64,000 nucleotides of DNA, from the IMG/VR virus record IMGVR_UViG_3300033062_002302, one strand, 5' to 3'. This document shows, piece by piece, positions 9,601 through 21,407 of this stretch. A program made the position numbers and the translations under genes. The notes under the pieces are model-generated. The model was given only the letters and a program-made list of their open reading frames with translations, did not search any database and was not told the DNA's origin. Within the stretch, counting starts at the first letter, position 1, and the number at the start of each line of letters is the position of its first letter. The DNA comes from a virus (lineage: Duplodnaviria > Caudoviricetes).

Positions 9601-12600
9601 GTCGCGTTAACGCTGATCAGCTAAAAGGAACTCCGACTGGATCTGGCGGTGGGGGATCTGGTATTGGTGCGACTGGACCACAGGGACCTCAGGGTTCGCC
9701 TGGAGTTACTGGAAGTATTGGTCCTCAGGGCGTTCAAGGACCTACCGGGTCTATTGGTCCACAAGGCATTCAAGGACCGACAGGAGCTATTGGACCTCAA
9801 GGTCCTACTGGCTCAATTGGTCTTCAAGGACCTACCGGAAGCGTTGGACCGCAGGGCATTCCTGGAGCAACAGGACCAACCGGTCCACAAGGAAATCCAG
9901 GACCAACAGGAAGTATTGGTCCACAGGGTGTTGCGGGTCCGACCGGAAGCATTGGAACTCAAGGCGAGCAAGGTCCAACTGGTAGCATTGGTCCACAAGG
10001 ACCAACAGGGGCTATTGGACCTCAGGGTTTAGCTGGAGCGACTGGACCTCAAGGTAATCAAGGAATTCAGGGAGCAACTGGAACTCAGGGACCTCAAGGA
10101 TCTGCTGGTGTTACTGGACCAACAGGTCCACAAGGACAGCAGGGAATACAAGGCGCTACAGGAGTTCAAGGTCCTCAAGGTTCAGCCGGAGCGACAGGAT
10201 CGATTGGACCGCAGGGCGATGCAGGACCGACAGGATCTATTGGACCTCAAGGCGTTCAAGGACCTACGGGAAGCATTGGACCTGCTGGAACTCAAGGCGC
10301 AACAGGTTCAATTGGACCGCAGGGAAATATTGGTGCGACAGGAGTTCAAGGTCCTCAGGGAACTCAAGGAGCAACGGGACCAGCTGGAGCACAAGGAATT
10401 CAGGGTCCAACCGGATCAATTGGACCACAAGGACTTCAGGGTTCGGCTGGAGCTACAGGAAGTATAGGACCACAGGGTCCAACTGGAACAATTGGAGCGA
10501 CTGGACCTCAAGGTCAACAAGGTGTTCAAGGACCTACGGGATCAATTGGTCCTCAGGGTATTCAAGGAGTAACTGGAAGTCAGGGACCTCAAGGATCTGC
10601 TGGTGTAACGGGACCTCAGGGAAATCCTGGTGCAGCAGGACCTACGGGAAGTATTGGTCCACAGGGTCCAACCGGAAGTGTTGGTCCTCAAGGATTACAA
10701 GGATCTGCTGGTGTCACTGGTCCTCAAGGTGCGCCTGGACCAACTGGGTCAATTGGACCTCAGGGTAATATTGGAGCAACCGGACCAACAGGTCCTGCCG
10801 GAGCACAAGGTCCTCAAGGAGCTACCGGATCACAGGGCATTCAAGGTTCAGCAGGCGTAACAGGACCACAAGGAAATCCTGGACCAACAGGTAGTATTGG
10901 ACCTCAGGGTCCAACTGGAAGTATTGGTCCCCAAGGCATTCAGGGTTCTGCTGGTGTAACAGGACCTCAAGGAAATGACGGAGCAACAGGTCCACAGGGA
11001 GCTACTGGTTCAATCGGACCTCAAGGTCCAACCGGCAGTGTTGGTCCAGCAAGCTTTGGAAGAATTGTTTATTTCGACCATCAAACTACAGATGTAATTA
11101 ACTATAGAAAACTTCTGGTAACCCCAGATTCAGCCGATCCAGGACAAGATGAGTCGGTAACAATCACATCAGCAAGTGGCGAAACTCTCATCAGAGCTTT
11201 CGTTAGCGAGCCTGATAGTCTTGGTCAAATTGGCGCAAACTTAATTCCAGCAGGAAGATGGAGTTTTCACTTATGGAGGTATGTCAGCGCAACAGGTGGA
11301 GTCAGCCAAATCATTCTGAAAGTTTTCACTAGAACAGCTGGAGGCGTTGAAACCGAACATTTCTCAGTAACTACTTCTGATATTCAGGATACGGCAATTG
11401 CATTTGAGACAATCGAATATGTTGCAAATGAAATTACTGGATTGAGCGTAACCGACCGCCTGGTATATAAGGTATATGCCGTAACAACGTCTGGAACAAG
11501 CAAAACCATTCATTTCGCATATGATGGTAGCGTTACAGCATCTCTCGTATTGACGCCATTGTGGGCAATTATGGGTGTGACTGGTTCACAGGGTCCAACA
11601 GGAAGTATTGGTCCTCAAGGAATACAAGGTTCTGCTGGAGTTACAGGAGCTATTGGACCACAAGGTTCAGCTGGCGTCACAGGTCCACAGGGACCTCAAG
11701 GTATTCAAGGTGTAACTGGTTCAATTGGACCTCAAGGGATTCAGGGTGCGACTGGACCACAAGGAGTTCAGGGTTCTCAGGGAGCGACAGGAAGCGTTGG
11801 TGCTCAGGGTATTCAAGGCTCTGCTGGAGCTACAGGTCCACAGGGACCTCAGGGTATTCAAGGCGCAACCGGAGTTCAAGGACCTCAAGGGTCTCAAGGA
11901 TCAACAGGAAGTATTGGTCCGCAAGGACCTACGGGATCAATTGGTCCTCAAGGAATACAAGGAGCAACGGGAGTTCAGGGTCCGCAAGGATCGCAAGGAG
12001 CTACAGGATCTATAGGACCCCAAGGCGTTCAAGGATCTGCCGGAGCAACTGGAGTACAAGGTCCAACAGGCTCTATTGGACCACAGGGATTACAAGGATC
12101 TGCTGGTGTAACTGGAGCACAAGGTATTCAGGGCGTTCAAGGTTCTCAGGGAGCCACAGGATCAATTGGACCACAAGGTCCAACTGGAAGTATTGGTCCT
12201 CAAGGAGTTGCTGGAGCAACAGGTCCACAGGGCGTTCAAGGGTCTCAGGGAGCTACAGGATCTATTGGTCCTCAAGGCATCCAAGGGTCTCAAGGTGCAA
12301 CCGGTAGCATTGGACCTCAAGGTGTTCAAGGAGCCACGGGATCAACGGGTCCACAAGGTGCTCAGGGTATTCAAGGCTCGACTGGACCTACGGGTCCACA
12401 GGGACAACAGGGTATTCAAGGACCGACAGGCAGCATTGGACCACAAGGTATTCAAGGGGCAACCGGACCCACGGGTCCGCAAGGAAATCAGGGCTCGACA
12501 GGATCTATTGGACCCCAGGGTATTCAAGGATCGCAAGGGGCTACAGGTTCAATTGGACCGCAAGGTCCTACTGGGTCTATTGGTCCTCAAGGCATTCAAG

Positions 12601-15600
12601 GATCGCAAGGTGCTACAGGCTCAATAGGTCCTCAAGGAGTTCAGGGATCTCAGGGAGCCACAGGATCAATTGGACCTCAGGGACCTACCGGATCAATTGG
12701 TCCTCAGGGTATTCAAGGTGTTACGGGTCCCCAAGGACAACAAGGATCTCAAGGCAATACTGGTTCAATCGGACCACAAGGCTTGCAAGGCTCTGCTGGT
12801 GTCACAGGTCCAACTGGACCTCAAGGCGCCCAAGGTTCTACAGGCTCTATTGGACCGCAGGGTCCAACCGGATCAATTGGACCTCAAGGAATTCAAGGTT
12901 CACAAGGAAATACAGGATCTGTAGGACCACAAGGTCCAACTGGCAGTATTGGTCCTCAAGGAATTCAAGGATCTGCGGGGGCAACTGGTCCAATTGGACC
13001 TCAGGGGTCAGCGGGTGTTACAGGTCCACAAGGACAGCAGGGAGTTCAAGGACCTACAGGATCTATTGGTCCACAAGGGGTTCAAGGATCGCAGGGTGCA
13101 ACTGGCAGCATTGGACCTCAAGGTCTACAGGGTTCTGCTGGTGCCACCGGATCGATTGGTCCTCAGGGCATTCAAGGTCCAACTGGAAGTATTGGACCAC
13201 AAGGTTCTACAGGGACTATTGGTTCTACTGGACCTACTGGTCCTCGTGGAGCAACTGGTGTTCAAGGCTTACAAGGAAGTCAAGGTTCTACAGGTTCCAT
13301 TGGTCCACAAGGGCTTCAAGGATCTGCTGGTGTTACGGGATCACAAGGTATTCAGGGAATCCAAGGTTCTCAGGGAGCTACAGGATCTATTGGTCCTCAA
13401 GGCATTCAGGGCGTAACAGGTTCACAGGGCATTCAAGGATCTCCGGGTGCGACAGGATCAATAGGTCCTCAAGGACCAACAGGAAGTATTGGACCGCAGG
13501 GCATTCAAGGCTCACAAGGAGCAACTGGAAGTGTCGGTCCCCAAGGCATTCAGGGTTCGGCTGGTGTTACAGGTCCGACTGGACCCCAAGGTATTCAAGG
13601 TTTGCAAGGAAGCCAAGGATCCACAGGATCTATTGGACCCCAAGGAATCCAAGGATCACAAGGAACTACAGGCTCTATTGGACCGCAGGGTCCAACTGGA
13701 TCGATAGGTCCTATTGGACCAACAGGCTCTATCGGTCCTCAAGGGATTCAGGGAGCAACAGGAGTTCAAGGACCTCAAGGTTCACAAGGTGCCACTGGAT
13801 CTATTGGTCCTCAAGGCATACAAGGATCTCAGGGTAATACAGGTTCAATTGGTCCACAAGGTTCTACAGGACCACAAGGAATTCAAGGCGTAACGGGTCC
13901 ACAAGGTATTCAGGGCTCCGCTGGTGTTACGGGTGCAACAGGACCACGCGGAGCAACTGGCGCTCAGGGTATTCAAGGATCACAAGGAGCTACAGGATCT
14001 ATAGGACCCCAAGGCGTTCAAGGTTCACAGGGATCGACTGGAAGTATTGGTCCTCAGGGTATTCAGGGATCAGCAGGTGTAACAGGTCCACAAGGTATAC
14101 AGGGAATTCAAGGACCCACTGGTTCAATCGGACCTCAAGGTCCAACCGGTAGCATTGGACCCCAAGGCGTTCAAGGGTCTCAGGGAGCTACAGGATCTAT
14201 TGGTCCTCAAGGCATTCAAGGAAGTCAAGGCGCAACTGGAAGTGTTGGACCTCAAGGTATACAGGGCTCCGCTGGAGCAACTGGACCACAAGGTCCTCAA
14301 GGAATTCAAGGTGTAACAGGGGTAACAGGTCCGCAGGGACCAACGGGAACGATTGGGGCTACTGGATCTCAGGGTATTCAAGGATCACAAGGGGCTACAG
14401 GAAGTATAGGACCACAGGGTATTCAAGGTGCAACTGGCATTCAAGGACCACAAGGATCTCAAGGATCAACAGGAAGTATTGGACCTCAGGGAGTTCAGGG
14501 TTCACAAGGCGCGACAGGATCCATTGGACCTCAAGGCGCTCAAGGTTCACAAGGAGCTACGGGATCAATAGGTCCGCAAGGTATTCAAGGAGCGACAGGA
14601 TCTATTGGTCCACAAGGATCACAGGGTTCACAGGGCGCTACAGGATCAATTGGACCTCAAGGAATTCAAGGATCACAAGGTAGCACTGGTAGTATTGGAC
14701 CACAAGGTCCGCAAGGAGCTACTGGAATTCAAGGCATTCAAGGCTCTCAAGGAGCTACGGGATCCATTGGACCTCAGGGTATTCAGGGACCAACAGGTCC
14801 TCAAGGACAACAAGGATCTCAGGGAGCTACTGGCTCTATCGGTCCTCAAGGTTTACAAGGTTCTGCTGGTGTAACTGGAATTCAGGGTCCAACAGGATCT
14901 ATTGGACCACAAGGTATTCAGGGCATTACAGGAGTGACTGGTCCTCAGGGTCCACAAGGATCTGCTGGCGTTACTGGTGCGACTGGTCCGCGTGGCGCAA
15001 CAGGAGTTCAGGGCATTCAAGGATCTCAAGGCTCAACAGGCTCTATTGGTCCGCAGGGTATTCAAGGCTCTGCCGGTGTAACAGGTCCACAAGGAATTCA
15101 GGGTTCTCAAGGTTCAACTGGCAGCATTGGTCCACAAGGCATTCAAGGACCAACTGGTAGTATAGGTCCACAGGGCATTCAGGGTTCTGCTGGCGTTACT
15201 GGAGCTACAGGTCCACAAGGGCAGCAAGGAATTCAAGGACCTACAGGATCTATTGGTCCACAAGGGATCCAAGGATCTCAGGGTAATACTGGATCAATTG
15301 GTCCTCAGGGACCAACTGGTAGCGTTGGCTCACAAGGTCCACAGGGAAGTCAAGGTTCTACTGGATCAATCGGTCCTCAAGGAATTCAGGGATCTCAGGG
15401 AGCCACAGGATCAATTGGACCTCAGGGACCAACAGGAAGTATTGGTCCGCAAGGAATTCAGGGCTCTCAAGGTGCTACTGGTAGCATTGGTCCACAAGGA
15501 CCTCAGGGATCACAAGGTTCAACTGGAAGTATTGGTCCTCAGGGTATTCAAGGACCTACAGGATCAATCGGACCTCAGGGCATTCAAGGGGTACAAGGAT

Positions 15601-17315
15601 CTCAGGGAGCTACAGGATCTATTGGTCCTCAAGGTATACAGGGAAGCCAAGGTTCTACAGGATCCATTGGACCACAAGGCATTCAAGGACCAACGGGAAG
15701 CGTTGGACCCCAAGGAATTCAAGGCGCGACAGGACCACAGGGACCAACCGGAAGCATTGGACCTCAGGGTGTTCAAGGATCACAAGGGTCAACAGGATCA
15801 ATAGGTCCTCAAGGCATACAAGGAGCAACAGGAGTTCAAGGACCTCAAGGCTCACAAGGAAGTACGGGCTCAATTGGACCGCAGGGAAATATTGGTCCTA
15901 CAGGATCTATTGGACCTCAAGGTCCAACCGGAAGTGTTGGTCCACAGGGAGCGCAAGGGTCGCAAGGCGCCACTGGTTCAATCGGACCTCAAGGTATTCA
16001 AGGTTCTCAAGGTGCAACAGGCTCAATCGGACCACAAGGTCCGACTGGAAGTATTGGTCCTCAGGGCATTCAGGGTGCGACTGGTCCAACAGGACCGCAA
16101 GGCAATCAAGGATCTACTGGTAGTATTGGACCGACTGGAACAATTGGACCTCAAGGAAATGATGGGGTAACAGGTCCAACTGGACCTCAAGGAGAACAAG
16201 GAATTCAAGGTCCCACCGGATCAATTGGTCCACAAGGTGTAACTGGTCCAGCTGGAAATTTCAGCGGAGATATGCCGGTTGCTTTTCGTGTTGCAACTGG
16301 GCACATTCAACCAACAGCTTTAACATATACAGCTATTCCTAGCACTTATATTAGCATTACTCTTAATGCAAACGCTAATATTCTTTGGGATTATGCCATG
16401 CAACTTATTGCATCTGGTGTGACTGTTGGCGCTGGCGGTCCCGCTAACGTTGAAACTCGCTGGGTTGTTGATGGGGTAGCTCGACGCGAAAATCAAGTTT
16501 TAGTTCATACTGGACCAGTAGAAGTTAGTTCTATTCTTGCTGATTTTTATTCTGCCGGTAATCATACTGGATATATTGAATGGCGTAAAACTGCTGCTTC
16601 AAGAATAGTATCTTTAGATAAAGGTTCATTTAGAGCGGTTGGCTTACAGGGTGCCGCAGGCGTTCAAGGACCAACCGGACCTTCTGGGGGACCTCCGGGA
16701 CCGACTGGTCCTCAAGGTGGAAATGGACCGCAGGGACCAACCGGACCAACCGGTCCAATTGGACCGCAAGGTTCTCCTGGAGTTCCAACAGGTGTTTGGT
16801 TCGCTCAAGATCATGTTTTAACGGCAACTGGACCAAACGTTCGTTCATTATCTGGTTATAGCCAAGCTGGTTTTACTGGAGCTAACCTTGACGTCAAAGT
16901 AACAAGAGCCATTAACTTTTCTCAACCTAATGGTAGAATTATTGATGTTGTTACTTCATTAAGAACTGTTGGTACGGCATATACAAACCTCCACGTATTT
17001 TCATTAGATGAAAGCGTTTCTGGAGCGACTATGACTTTCCAAAATGTTATAGCAAAAGTAAATGCTATTTCAGCTTCCGGAGCATATTTTGGAAGATGGA
17101 CATTAGAGCAAGATTATTATAGGGTTCGCTCTATTACGGATTCATTTCCAACAGGATCTTATCCAACTGTTTTAGGTCCAGGAGCGCCTGATGCTAATAC
17201 TGAAATGTGGACTGTCACTATGGCTGCCTCTGGACCAACTGGTTTCTTACAAGTTCGTGGAAGTTCAGGAGTAACTTGGTTTGCTAATATTCAAAGACAA
17301 AGGGTGTTAGTATAA
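9597..17315 (+). CDS. Giant collagen-like fibre protein (2572 aa)
   Basis: Gly-X-Y blocks of 154 and 520 triplets plus a short third block, separated by globular beta-rich domains. Confidence 0.95.
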   Translation: MSRVNADQLKGTPTGSGGGGSGIGATGPQGPQGSPGVTGSIGPQGVQGPTGSIGPQGIQGPTGAIGPQGPTGSIGLQGPTGSVGPQGIPGATGPTGPQGNPGPTGSIGPQGVAGPTGSIGTQGEQGPTGSIGPQGPTGAIGPQGLAGATGPQGNQGIQGATGTQGPQGSAGVTGPTGPQGQQGIQGATGVQGPQGSAGATGSIGPQGDAGPTGSIGPQGVQGPTGSIGPAGTQGATGSIGPQGNIGATGVQGPQGTQGATGPAGAQGIQGPTGSIGPQGLQGSAGATGSIGPQGPTGTIGATGPQGQQGVQGPTGSIGPQGIQGVTGSQGPQGSAGVTGPQGNPGAAGPTGSIGPQGPTGSVGPQGLQGSAGVTGPQGAPGPTGSIGPQGNIGATGPTGPAGAQGPQGATGSQGIQGSAGVTGPQGNPGPTGSIGPQGPTGSIGPQGIQGSAGVTGPQGNDGATGPQGATGSIGPQGPTGSVGPASFGRIVYFDHQTTDVINYRKLLVTPDSADPGQDESVTITSASGETLIRAFVSEPDSLGQIGANLIPAGRWSFHLWRYVSATGGVSQIILKVFTRTAGGVETEHFSVTTSDIQDTAIAFETIEYVANEITGLSVTDRLVYKVYAVTTSGTSKTIHFAYDGSVTASLVLTPLWAIMGVTGSQGPTGSIGPQGIQGSAGVTGAIGPQGSAGVTGPQGPQGIQGVTGSIGPQGIQGATGPQGVQGSQGATGSVGAQGIQGSAGATGPQGPQGIQGATGVQGPQGSQGSTGSIGPQGPTGSIGPQGIQGATGVQGPQGSQGATGSIGPQGVQGSAGATGVQGPTGSIGPQGLQGSAGVTGAQGIQGVQGSQGATGSIGPQGPTGSIGPQGVAGATGPQGVQGSQGATGSIGPQGIQGSQGATGSIGPQGVQGATGSTGPQGAQGIQGSTGPTGPQGQQGIQGPTGSIGPQGIQGATGPTGPQGNQGSTGSIGPQGIQGSQGATGSIGPQGPTGSIGPQGIQGSQGATGSIGPQGVQGSQGATGSIGPQGPTGSIGPQGIQGVTGPQGQQGSQGNTGSIGPQGLQGSAGVTGPTGPQGAQGSTGSIGPQGPTGSIGPQGIQGSQGNTGSVGPQGPTGSIGPQGIQGSAGATGPIGPQGSAGVTGPQGQQGVQGPTGSIGPQGVQGSQGATGSIGPQGLQGSAGATGSIGPQGIQGPTGSIGPQGSTGTIGSTGPTGPRGATGVQGLQGSQGSTGSIGPQGLQGSAGVTGSQGIQGIQGSQGATGSIGPQGIQGVTGSQGIQGSPGATGSIGPQGPTGSIGPQGIQGSQGATGSVGPQGIQGSAGVTGPTGPQGIQGLQGSQGSTGSIGPQGIQGSQGTTGSIGPQGPTGSIGPIGPTGSIGPQGIQGATGVQGPQGSQGATGSIGPQGIQGSQGNTGSIGPQGSTGPQGIQGVTGPQGIQGSAGVTGATGPRGATGAQGIQGSQGATGSIGPQGVQGSQGSTGSIGPQGIQGSAGVTGPQGIQGIQGPTGSIGPQGPTGSIGPQGVQGSQGATGSIGPQGIQGSQGATGSVGPQGIQGSAGATGPQGPQGIQGVTGVTGPQGPTGTIGATGSQGIQGSQGATGSIGPQGIQGATGIQGPQGSQGSTGSIGPQGVQGSQGATGSIGPQGAQGSQGATGSIGPQGIQGATGSIGPQGSQGSQGATGSIGPQGIQGSQGSTGSIGPQGPQGATGIQGIQGSQGATGSIGPQGIQGPTGPQGQQGSQGATGSIGPQGLQGSAGVTGIQGPTGSIGPQGIQGITGVTGPQGPQGSAGVTGATGPRGATGVQGIQGSQGSTGSIGPQGIQGSAGVTGPQGIQGSQGSTGSIGPQGIQGPTGSIGPQGIQGSAGVTGATGPQGQQGIQGPTGSIGPQGIQGSQGNTGSIGPQGPTGSVGSQGPQGSQGSTGSIGPQGIQGSQGATGSIGPQGPTGSIGPQGIQGSQGATGSIGPQGPQGSQGSTGSIGPQGIQGPTGSIGPQGIQGVQGSQGATGSIGPQGIQGSQGSTGSIGPQGIQGPTGSVGPQGIQGATGPQGPTGSIGPQGVQGSQGSTGSIGPQGIQGATGVQGPQGSQGSTGSIGPQGNIGPTGSIGPQGPTGSVGPQGAQGSQGATGSIGPQGIQGSQGATGSIGPQGPTGSIGPQGIQGATGPTGPQGNQGSTGSIGPTGTIGPQGNDGVTGPTGPQGEQGIQGPTGSIGPQGVTGPAGNFSGDMPVAFRVATGHIQPTALTYTAIPSTYISITLNANANILWDYAMQLIASGVTVGAGGPANVETRWVVDGVARRENQVLVHTGPVEVSSILADFYSAGNHTGYIEWRKTAASRIVSLDKGSFRAVGLQGAAGVQGPTGPSGGPPGPTGPQGGNGPQGPTGPTGPIGPQGSPGVPTGVWFAQDHVLTATGPNVRSLSGYSQAGFTGANLDVKVTRAINFSQPNGRIIDVVTSLRTVGTAYTNLHVFSLDESVSGATMTFQNVIAKVNAISASGAYFGRWTLEQDYYRVRSITDSFPTGSYPTVLGPGAPDANTEMWTVTMAASGPTGFLQVRGSSGVTWFANIQRQRVLV
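9666..11051 (+). repeat. Collagen Gly-X-Y block 1 (154 triplets)
   Basis: 1386 nt = 154 x 9; [12 protein letters not shown] triplets. Confidence 0.9.
11574..16253 (+). repeat. Collagen Gly-X-Y block 2 (520 triplets)
   Basis: 4680 nt = 520 x 9; [21 protein letters not shown] triplets with varied synonymous codons. Confidence 0.9.
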
Positions 17316-18103
17316 TGTTTGGAATATCAATGATATTGCAAGAACCTATTGTTAATCCATCTAATTATGGTGGAATGAAACTGTGGATTGATTCGATCGA
17401 TGGTGTTACTGGATTTCCAAATAATGCTATTGATATTATTATTGCCCAACCTCCTACAACAAATAACGTATCAAATACCTCTAATACTGGAACTAGACCT
17501 GTTTGGGCATTTAAAGATTTATTTTACGCCTTTGGAGATTTAGCTTTTAAAAAAGGAGTTAAACCAAGTATCCACCTTGAAGGTGGAGGAGACTGGTTAT
17601 CTCTTGATGGTTTGGCAACGGCTACAGCCTTTACCTGTCCTTCAGGAATAACTATATTTCATACTACAAAACATGGAAATCCAGAATCGGTCCCATCTAA
17701 TTCTGATAATAGCGCTTTGAATGTACTTACAACTATAAGCACTTCTAATACGCTAAATACAAATGTAGGGTTTAATGCTGGTCAACCGGCTTATTTAACA
17801 AATGAAGGCGGAACAATGGTTCAATATTTAGCAACTAGAACCGATTTGACAGATAATATGCCTCATAATGTTTGTTGGACTCATGTTGGAACGACGCTAA
17901 CTTGTTATATTGATGGAGTCTTGGATAGCACTCAAACAACCGCAACAAGCTATAATACTAATTCTGGATTTAATGGAATTGGCGGAAGAAATGCGGTCGA
18001 TGGTTTTCGTGGTGGCATTGCAGAAGTTATGGTTTGGGACAATGTCTTGACCGAAACTCAAATCATCAGCTTAGATGTGCGTGGCAAAGCCCTTTGGTTT
18101 TAA
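17315..18103 (+). CDS. LamG/concanavalin A-like domain protein (putative fibre-tip adhesin)
   Basis: LWIDS near the N-terminus and HNVCWT...CYIDG...IGG...FRGGIAEVMVWDNVLT..QI pattern; translationally coupled (TAATG) to the collagen gene. Confidence 0.75.
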   Translation: MFGISMILQEPIVNPSNYGGMKLWIDSIDGVTGFPNNAIDIIIAQPPTTNNVSNTSNTGTRPVWAFKDLFYAFGDLAFKKGVKPSIHLEGGGDWLSLDGLATATAFTCPSGITIFHTTKHGNPESVPSNSDNSALNVLTTISTSNTLNTNVGFNAGQPAYLTNEGGTMVQYLATRTDLTDNMPHNVCWTHVGTTLTCYIDGVLDSTQTTATSYNTNSGFNGIGGRNAVDGFRGGIAEVMVWDNVLTETQIISLDVRGKALWF

Positions 18104-18158
18104 GTCAATTTATTTTTATAAATTAATATTTCGCCTCTAGAGTTATATCTAATTCTAG

Positions 18159-21100
18159 ATGAATTATAAAAAAGCCCCTATCAGCATGTGCCTCATTGTC
18201 AAAAACAATGAAAATTGCCTAGAGCAATGCCTACTATCTTTTAAAGATTATGTCGATCAAATAGTAATCATAGATACAGGCTCAACTGATAATACCCCTC
18301 AAATAGCTTTGAAATACGCTAATATGTATGAGGTTTATACTGACTGTAATGATCCAGAGACTGGATTAATAGCTGATTTTTCTATGGCTCGAAATCGGGC
18401 GTTTGAATTAGCAACAAATGAAATTGTCGGATGGATTGATTCCGATGATATTCTGGTAGGAGCAGAAAATCTACCTAAAGTAGTATCAGAATTAATGTCT
18501 TCTGGCAAATCAACTATTATCATGTTTCCTTATGAATATTCTTATAATGAAGCTGGTAAATGTACTTGCCTTCATTATAGAGAAAGATTATTTTCAAATA
18601 AAAATGATATTAAATTTATCAATCCTGTTCATGAAGTCGCCGTTCCTTATGATGGAATAAACCCTAATTTCATTATTAATGAAGATGTTGTTTTCAAACA
18701 TCAAAGACAGTTTTTAGGGACCGTAATAGAAACCGGCAGAAATCTAAGAATTCTTAAAGATTACTTTGATAAAGTTGGTGAATCTGACGCTCGTCAAATG
18801 TATTATCTTGGTCTTGAATATTCTAATAATGGCTTTATTAAAGAAGCTTTAGAATATCTTTCTCGATATGTTGAAATATCTGGTTGGGATGACGAAAGAG
18901 CGATGGCTTGCCTTAAATTGGTTGAGCTTTATCAAAATCTCGGACAATATGAAGCCGGTTTAAAATGGGCATTTAAAACAATTGAGCTCAAAGAATCTTG
19001 GGGCGAAGGCTATTTCAGCCTAGCTAAAATGTTTTATTTCCTAGCTCAGGCTGGCGGTCCATATGAAATGAGAAACTGGGAAAGATGCGTTCATTTTTCT
19101 AAACTCGGACTTCAGCTGCCTCCAACTAAAACATTATTATTTGTTAATCCATTAGAAAGAGACTATGAAATACATAGGTATTTAAATTTTGCTTTATCTA
19201 AATTAGGAGATTTTCCAGGTGCCCTCGAAAGCGTCAACATCGCTTTAGCAACTAAACCTAATGATCAAGTTCTTTTATCAAATAAAAAGCTTTATTTGTC
19301 ATGGATGTTAAAACAAAATATTATTCAAAATCTAAATCAATTAAAAGAAATTGATGGAATCAATGATGATCATTTTACAACATTTAATTCATTAATTAAT
19401 GGTCAAACGCCTCAATTATTAAAACAAAATGAAGCGGTTAATTATGATAGGTCTCCGTTTCCTGTTGCTAATACATCATCTAATAATGATTATTGGTCAA
19501 TTCCTATTGGGATAAATTTTGATAGTTATCCAATTAATTTAAACCAAGCGCAATTACAATCGGTTGTTTTGTTAATTTGGAAACAATATATGCTTCATGA
19601 TGAAGTATTATCAGCCATTTCATTTTTAGAGAAAGCTCCGTATAGCGTCAGACATTCTTTTGAAACTGAAAAAGCTTTAAAATTAACCAAAGCCTGCCTA
19701 GATTGGATGAAAAACGATGCTGATTTCCAAAGCACAAATTCTCCGGCTAATACTGAAGTAGAAGCTGGAAATCCATTGCCTAATAAATTAGTTATGTCTG
19801 AAGGACATCGTTTTGACTTTGTCGCTGAAAGATTAAAGCCAGAATCAATTATAGTTGACTTTGGATGTATGGACGGCTGTTTTACTAATAGATTTGGAAT
19901 GCTAGGTCACAAACCAACCGGACTTGATGTTTGTGAAAGCTCTATTAAATTGGCTCGAAAGAAAGCGATTGAATTTAATACTGGAGCAAAGTATGTTCAA
20001 TCTTATTTTCATGAGGCAGTAGATAAAGTACCCAATAATTATTTTGAATATGCGACGAGTACGGATACTTATGAGCATTTAGTTGATCCTGTCACTGAAA
20101 TGCTTATTCCGGCAAAGAAAATGTTAAAAGAAGATGGTAAGTTTCTTTTAGCGACTCCGTATGGTTCTTGGATGCGCGGTCAATATGTTGATTGGGCTCA
20201 TCCTTGGCTCTTTGAGAAAGAAGGAAAGAGTTGGCTGTCTCCTTTTGCACGCGGACATATTGTTGCTCCGACCGTTTGGACCGTCGCGGAAGATTTTAGA
20301 AAAGCCGGATATTGGGTTAAGGATTGCTATCCTGATTTGTGCGATAATTCTATGGATGAGAGATCGAGAGAAATTAAGGATCAAGGAAATATATTTGCGG
20401 AAGCACATCTTAAGTTTCCGGAAGGATATAATAAGGGGTTAGATGTTATTTTTATGATTGGAGATGGGGTTGAGAATTATACTCCCAAAACTGTTAAGAA
20501 AACAGGAATCGGCGGCAGTGAGTTAATGGCGATTGAAATGTCTAAAAGATTGGCTGGTCTCGGACATAGAGTTAGGCTATACAATAGTTGTGGAGAGTCT
20601 GGAGAAGGCATTTATGATGGAGTTGAGTATAGATCAACTAATAAATTCCAAGATTTAAAATGTGACGTATTGGTAGTGTCAAGAAGGGCTGACTATTTAG
20701 CCGAAAAATTTAATATTGAGGCAAAGATTAAACTTCTATGGACGCATGATGTGACTCCAATATGTTATACCAATGAATTATTATTAAAGGCTGATCGTAT
20801 TTTATGTTTAAGCAATTGGCACAAACAATTTGTTATGGAGCAATGCAATGTTAATAGCGAACATATAATTGTAACAAGAAACGGAGTAGATCTATCTAGG
20901 TTCGAAAATAAAAATATTCAACGAGACAGATATAAATGCATCTGTACAAGCAGTCCTGACAGGTACCTTTATTCACTTTTGCAAATGTGGCCGAAAATTA
21001 AAGAATGCGTGCCTAAAGCCAATTTAATACTAGGATATGGGTGGTATAATTGGGAGCAAATGGCTAAATCTAATAAAGGTCATATGGATTTAATAAATTT

Positions 21101-21407
21101 GTTAAAAAATACCATTAAAGAAATGGAGCCTTTAGGAGTTACATTTAAAGGACGTATGAATCAAGAAGAATTATCAAATGAGCTGTTAAGTTCTAGTTTG
21201 TGGCTTTTCCCGTCACATTTCACGGAAACATATTGTGTTTCGGCAGCAGAAATGACTGCTGCGGGAGTTAAGATGATTACATCTGATCTCGCTGCGTTAA
21301 AAGAAACAGTAGGCGCGAGGGGTACTCTTATACCTGGAGATTGGCTAAGCGAACATTTTCAAAAAAAATTTATTGAAATGACAATTAAACTCTTATCAGA
21401 AGATTAA
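18159..21407 (+). CDS. Multidomain glycosyltransferase: GT2 + TPR + SAM methyltransferase + GT4 (lacking its last helices)
   Basis: ISMCLIVKN..IDTGSTD..DFS.ARN..WIDSDD (GT2); TPR-like helices; VDFGCMDG..GLD (MTase); GGSE..WTHD..SSPDR..FPSHFTETYC..AAE (GT-B/GT4). Confidence 0.9.
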   Translation: MNYKKAPISMCLIVKNNENCLEQCLLSFKDYVDQIVIIDTGSTDNTPQIALKYANMYEVYTDCNDPETGLIADFSMARNRAFELATNEIVGWIDSDDILVGAENLPKVVSELMSSGKSTIIMFPYEYSYNEAGKCTCLHYRERLFSNKNDIKFINPVHEVAVPYDGINPNFIINEDVVFKHQRQFLGTVIETGRNLRILKDYFDKVGESDARQMYYLGLEYSNNGFIKEALEYLSRYVEISGWDDERAMACLKLVELYQNLGQYEAGLKWAFKTIELKESWGEGYFSLAKMFYFLAQAGGPYEMRNWERCVHFSKLGLQLPPTKTLLFVNPLERDYEIHRYLNFALSKLGDFPGALESVNIALATKPNDQVLLSNKKLYLSWMLKQNIIQNLNQLKEIDGINDDHFTTFNSLINGQTPQLLKQNEAVNYDRSPFPVANTSSNNDYWSIPIGINFDSYPINLNQAQLQSVVLLIWKQYMLHDEVLSAISFLEKAPYSVRHSFETEKALKLTKACLDWMKNDADFQSTNSPANTEVEAGNPLPNKLVMSEGHRFDFVAERLKPESIIVDFGCMDGCFTNRFGMLGHKPTGLDVCESSIKLARKKAIEFNTGAKYVQSYFHEAVDKVPNNYFEYATSTDTYEHLVDPVTEMLIPAKKMLKEDGKFLLATPYGSWMRGQYVDWAHPWLFEKEGKSWLSPFARGHIVAPTVWTVAEDFRKAGYWVKDCYPDLCDNSMDERSREIKDQGNIFAEAHLKFPEGYNKGLDVIFMIGDGVENYTPKTVKKTGIGGSELMAIEMSKRLAGLGHRVRLYNSCGESGEGIYDGVEYRSTNKFQDLKCDVLVVSRRADYLAEKFNIEAKIKLLWTHDVTPICYTNELLLKADRILCLSNWHKQFVMEQCNVNSEHIIVTRNGVDLSRFENKNIQRDRYKCICTSSPDRYLYSLLQMWPKIKECVPKANLILGYGWYNWEQMAKSNKGHMDLINLLKNTIKEMEPLGVTFKGRMNQEELSNELLSSSLWLFPSHFTETYCVSAAEMTAAGVKMITSDLAALKETVGARGTLIPGDWLSEHFQKKFIEMTIKLLSED

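Noticed and set aside
9666-16253. Repeat array as CRISPR or DGR-like element
   Set aside because: Repeats are codon-degenerate Gly-X-Y coding units without constant repeat/unique spacer structure; no cas or reverse transcriptase gene in the window
9649-16848. Many alternative-frame and antisense ORFs inside the collagen gene
   Set aside because: Shadows of the 9-nt periodic repeat; no independent coding signal
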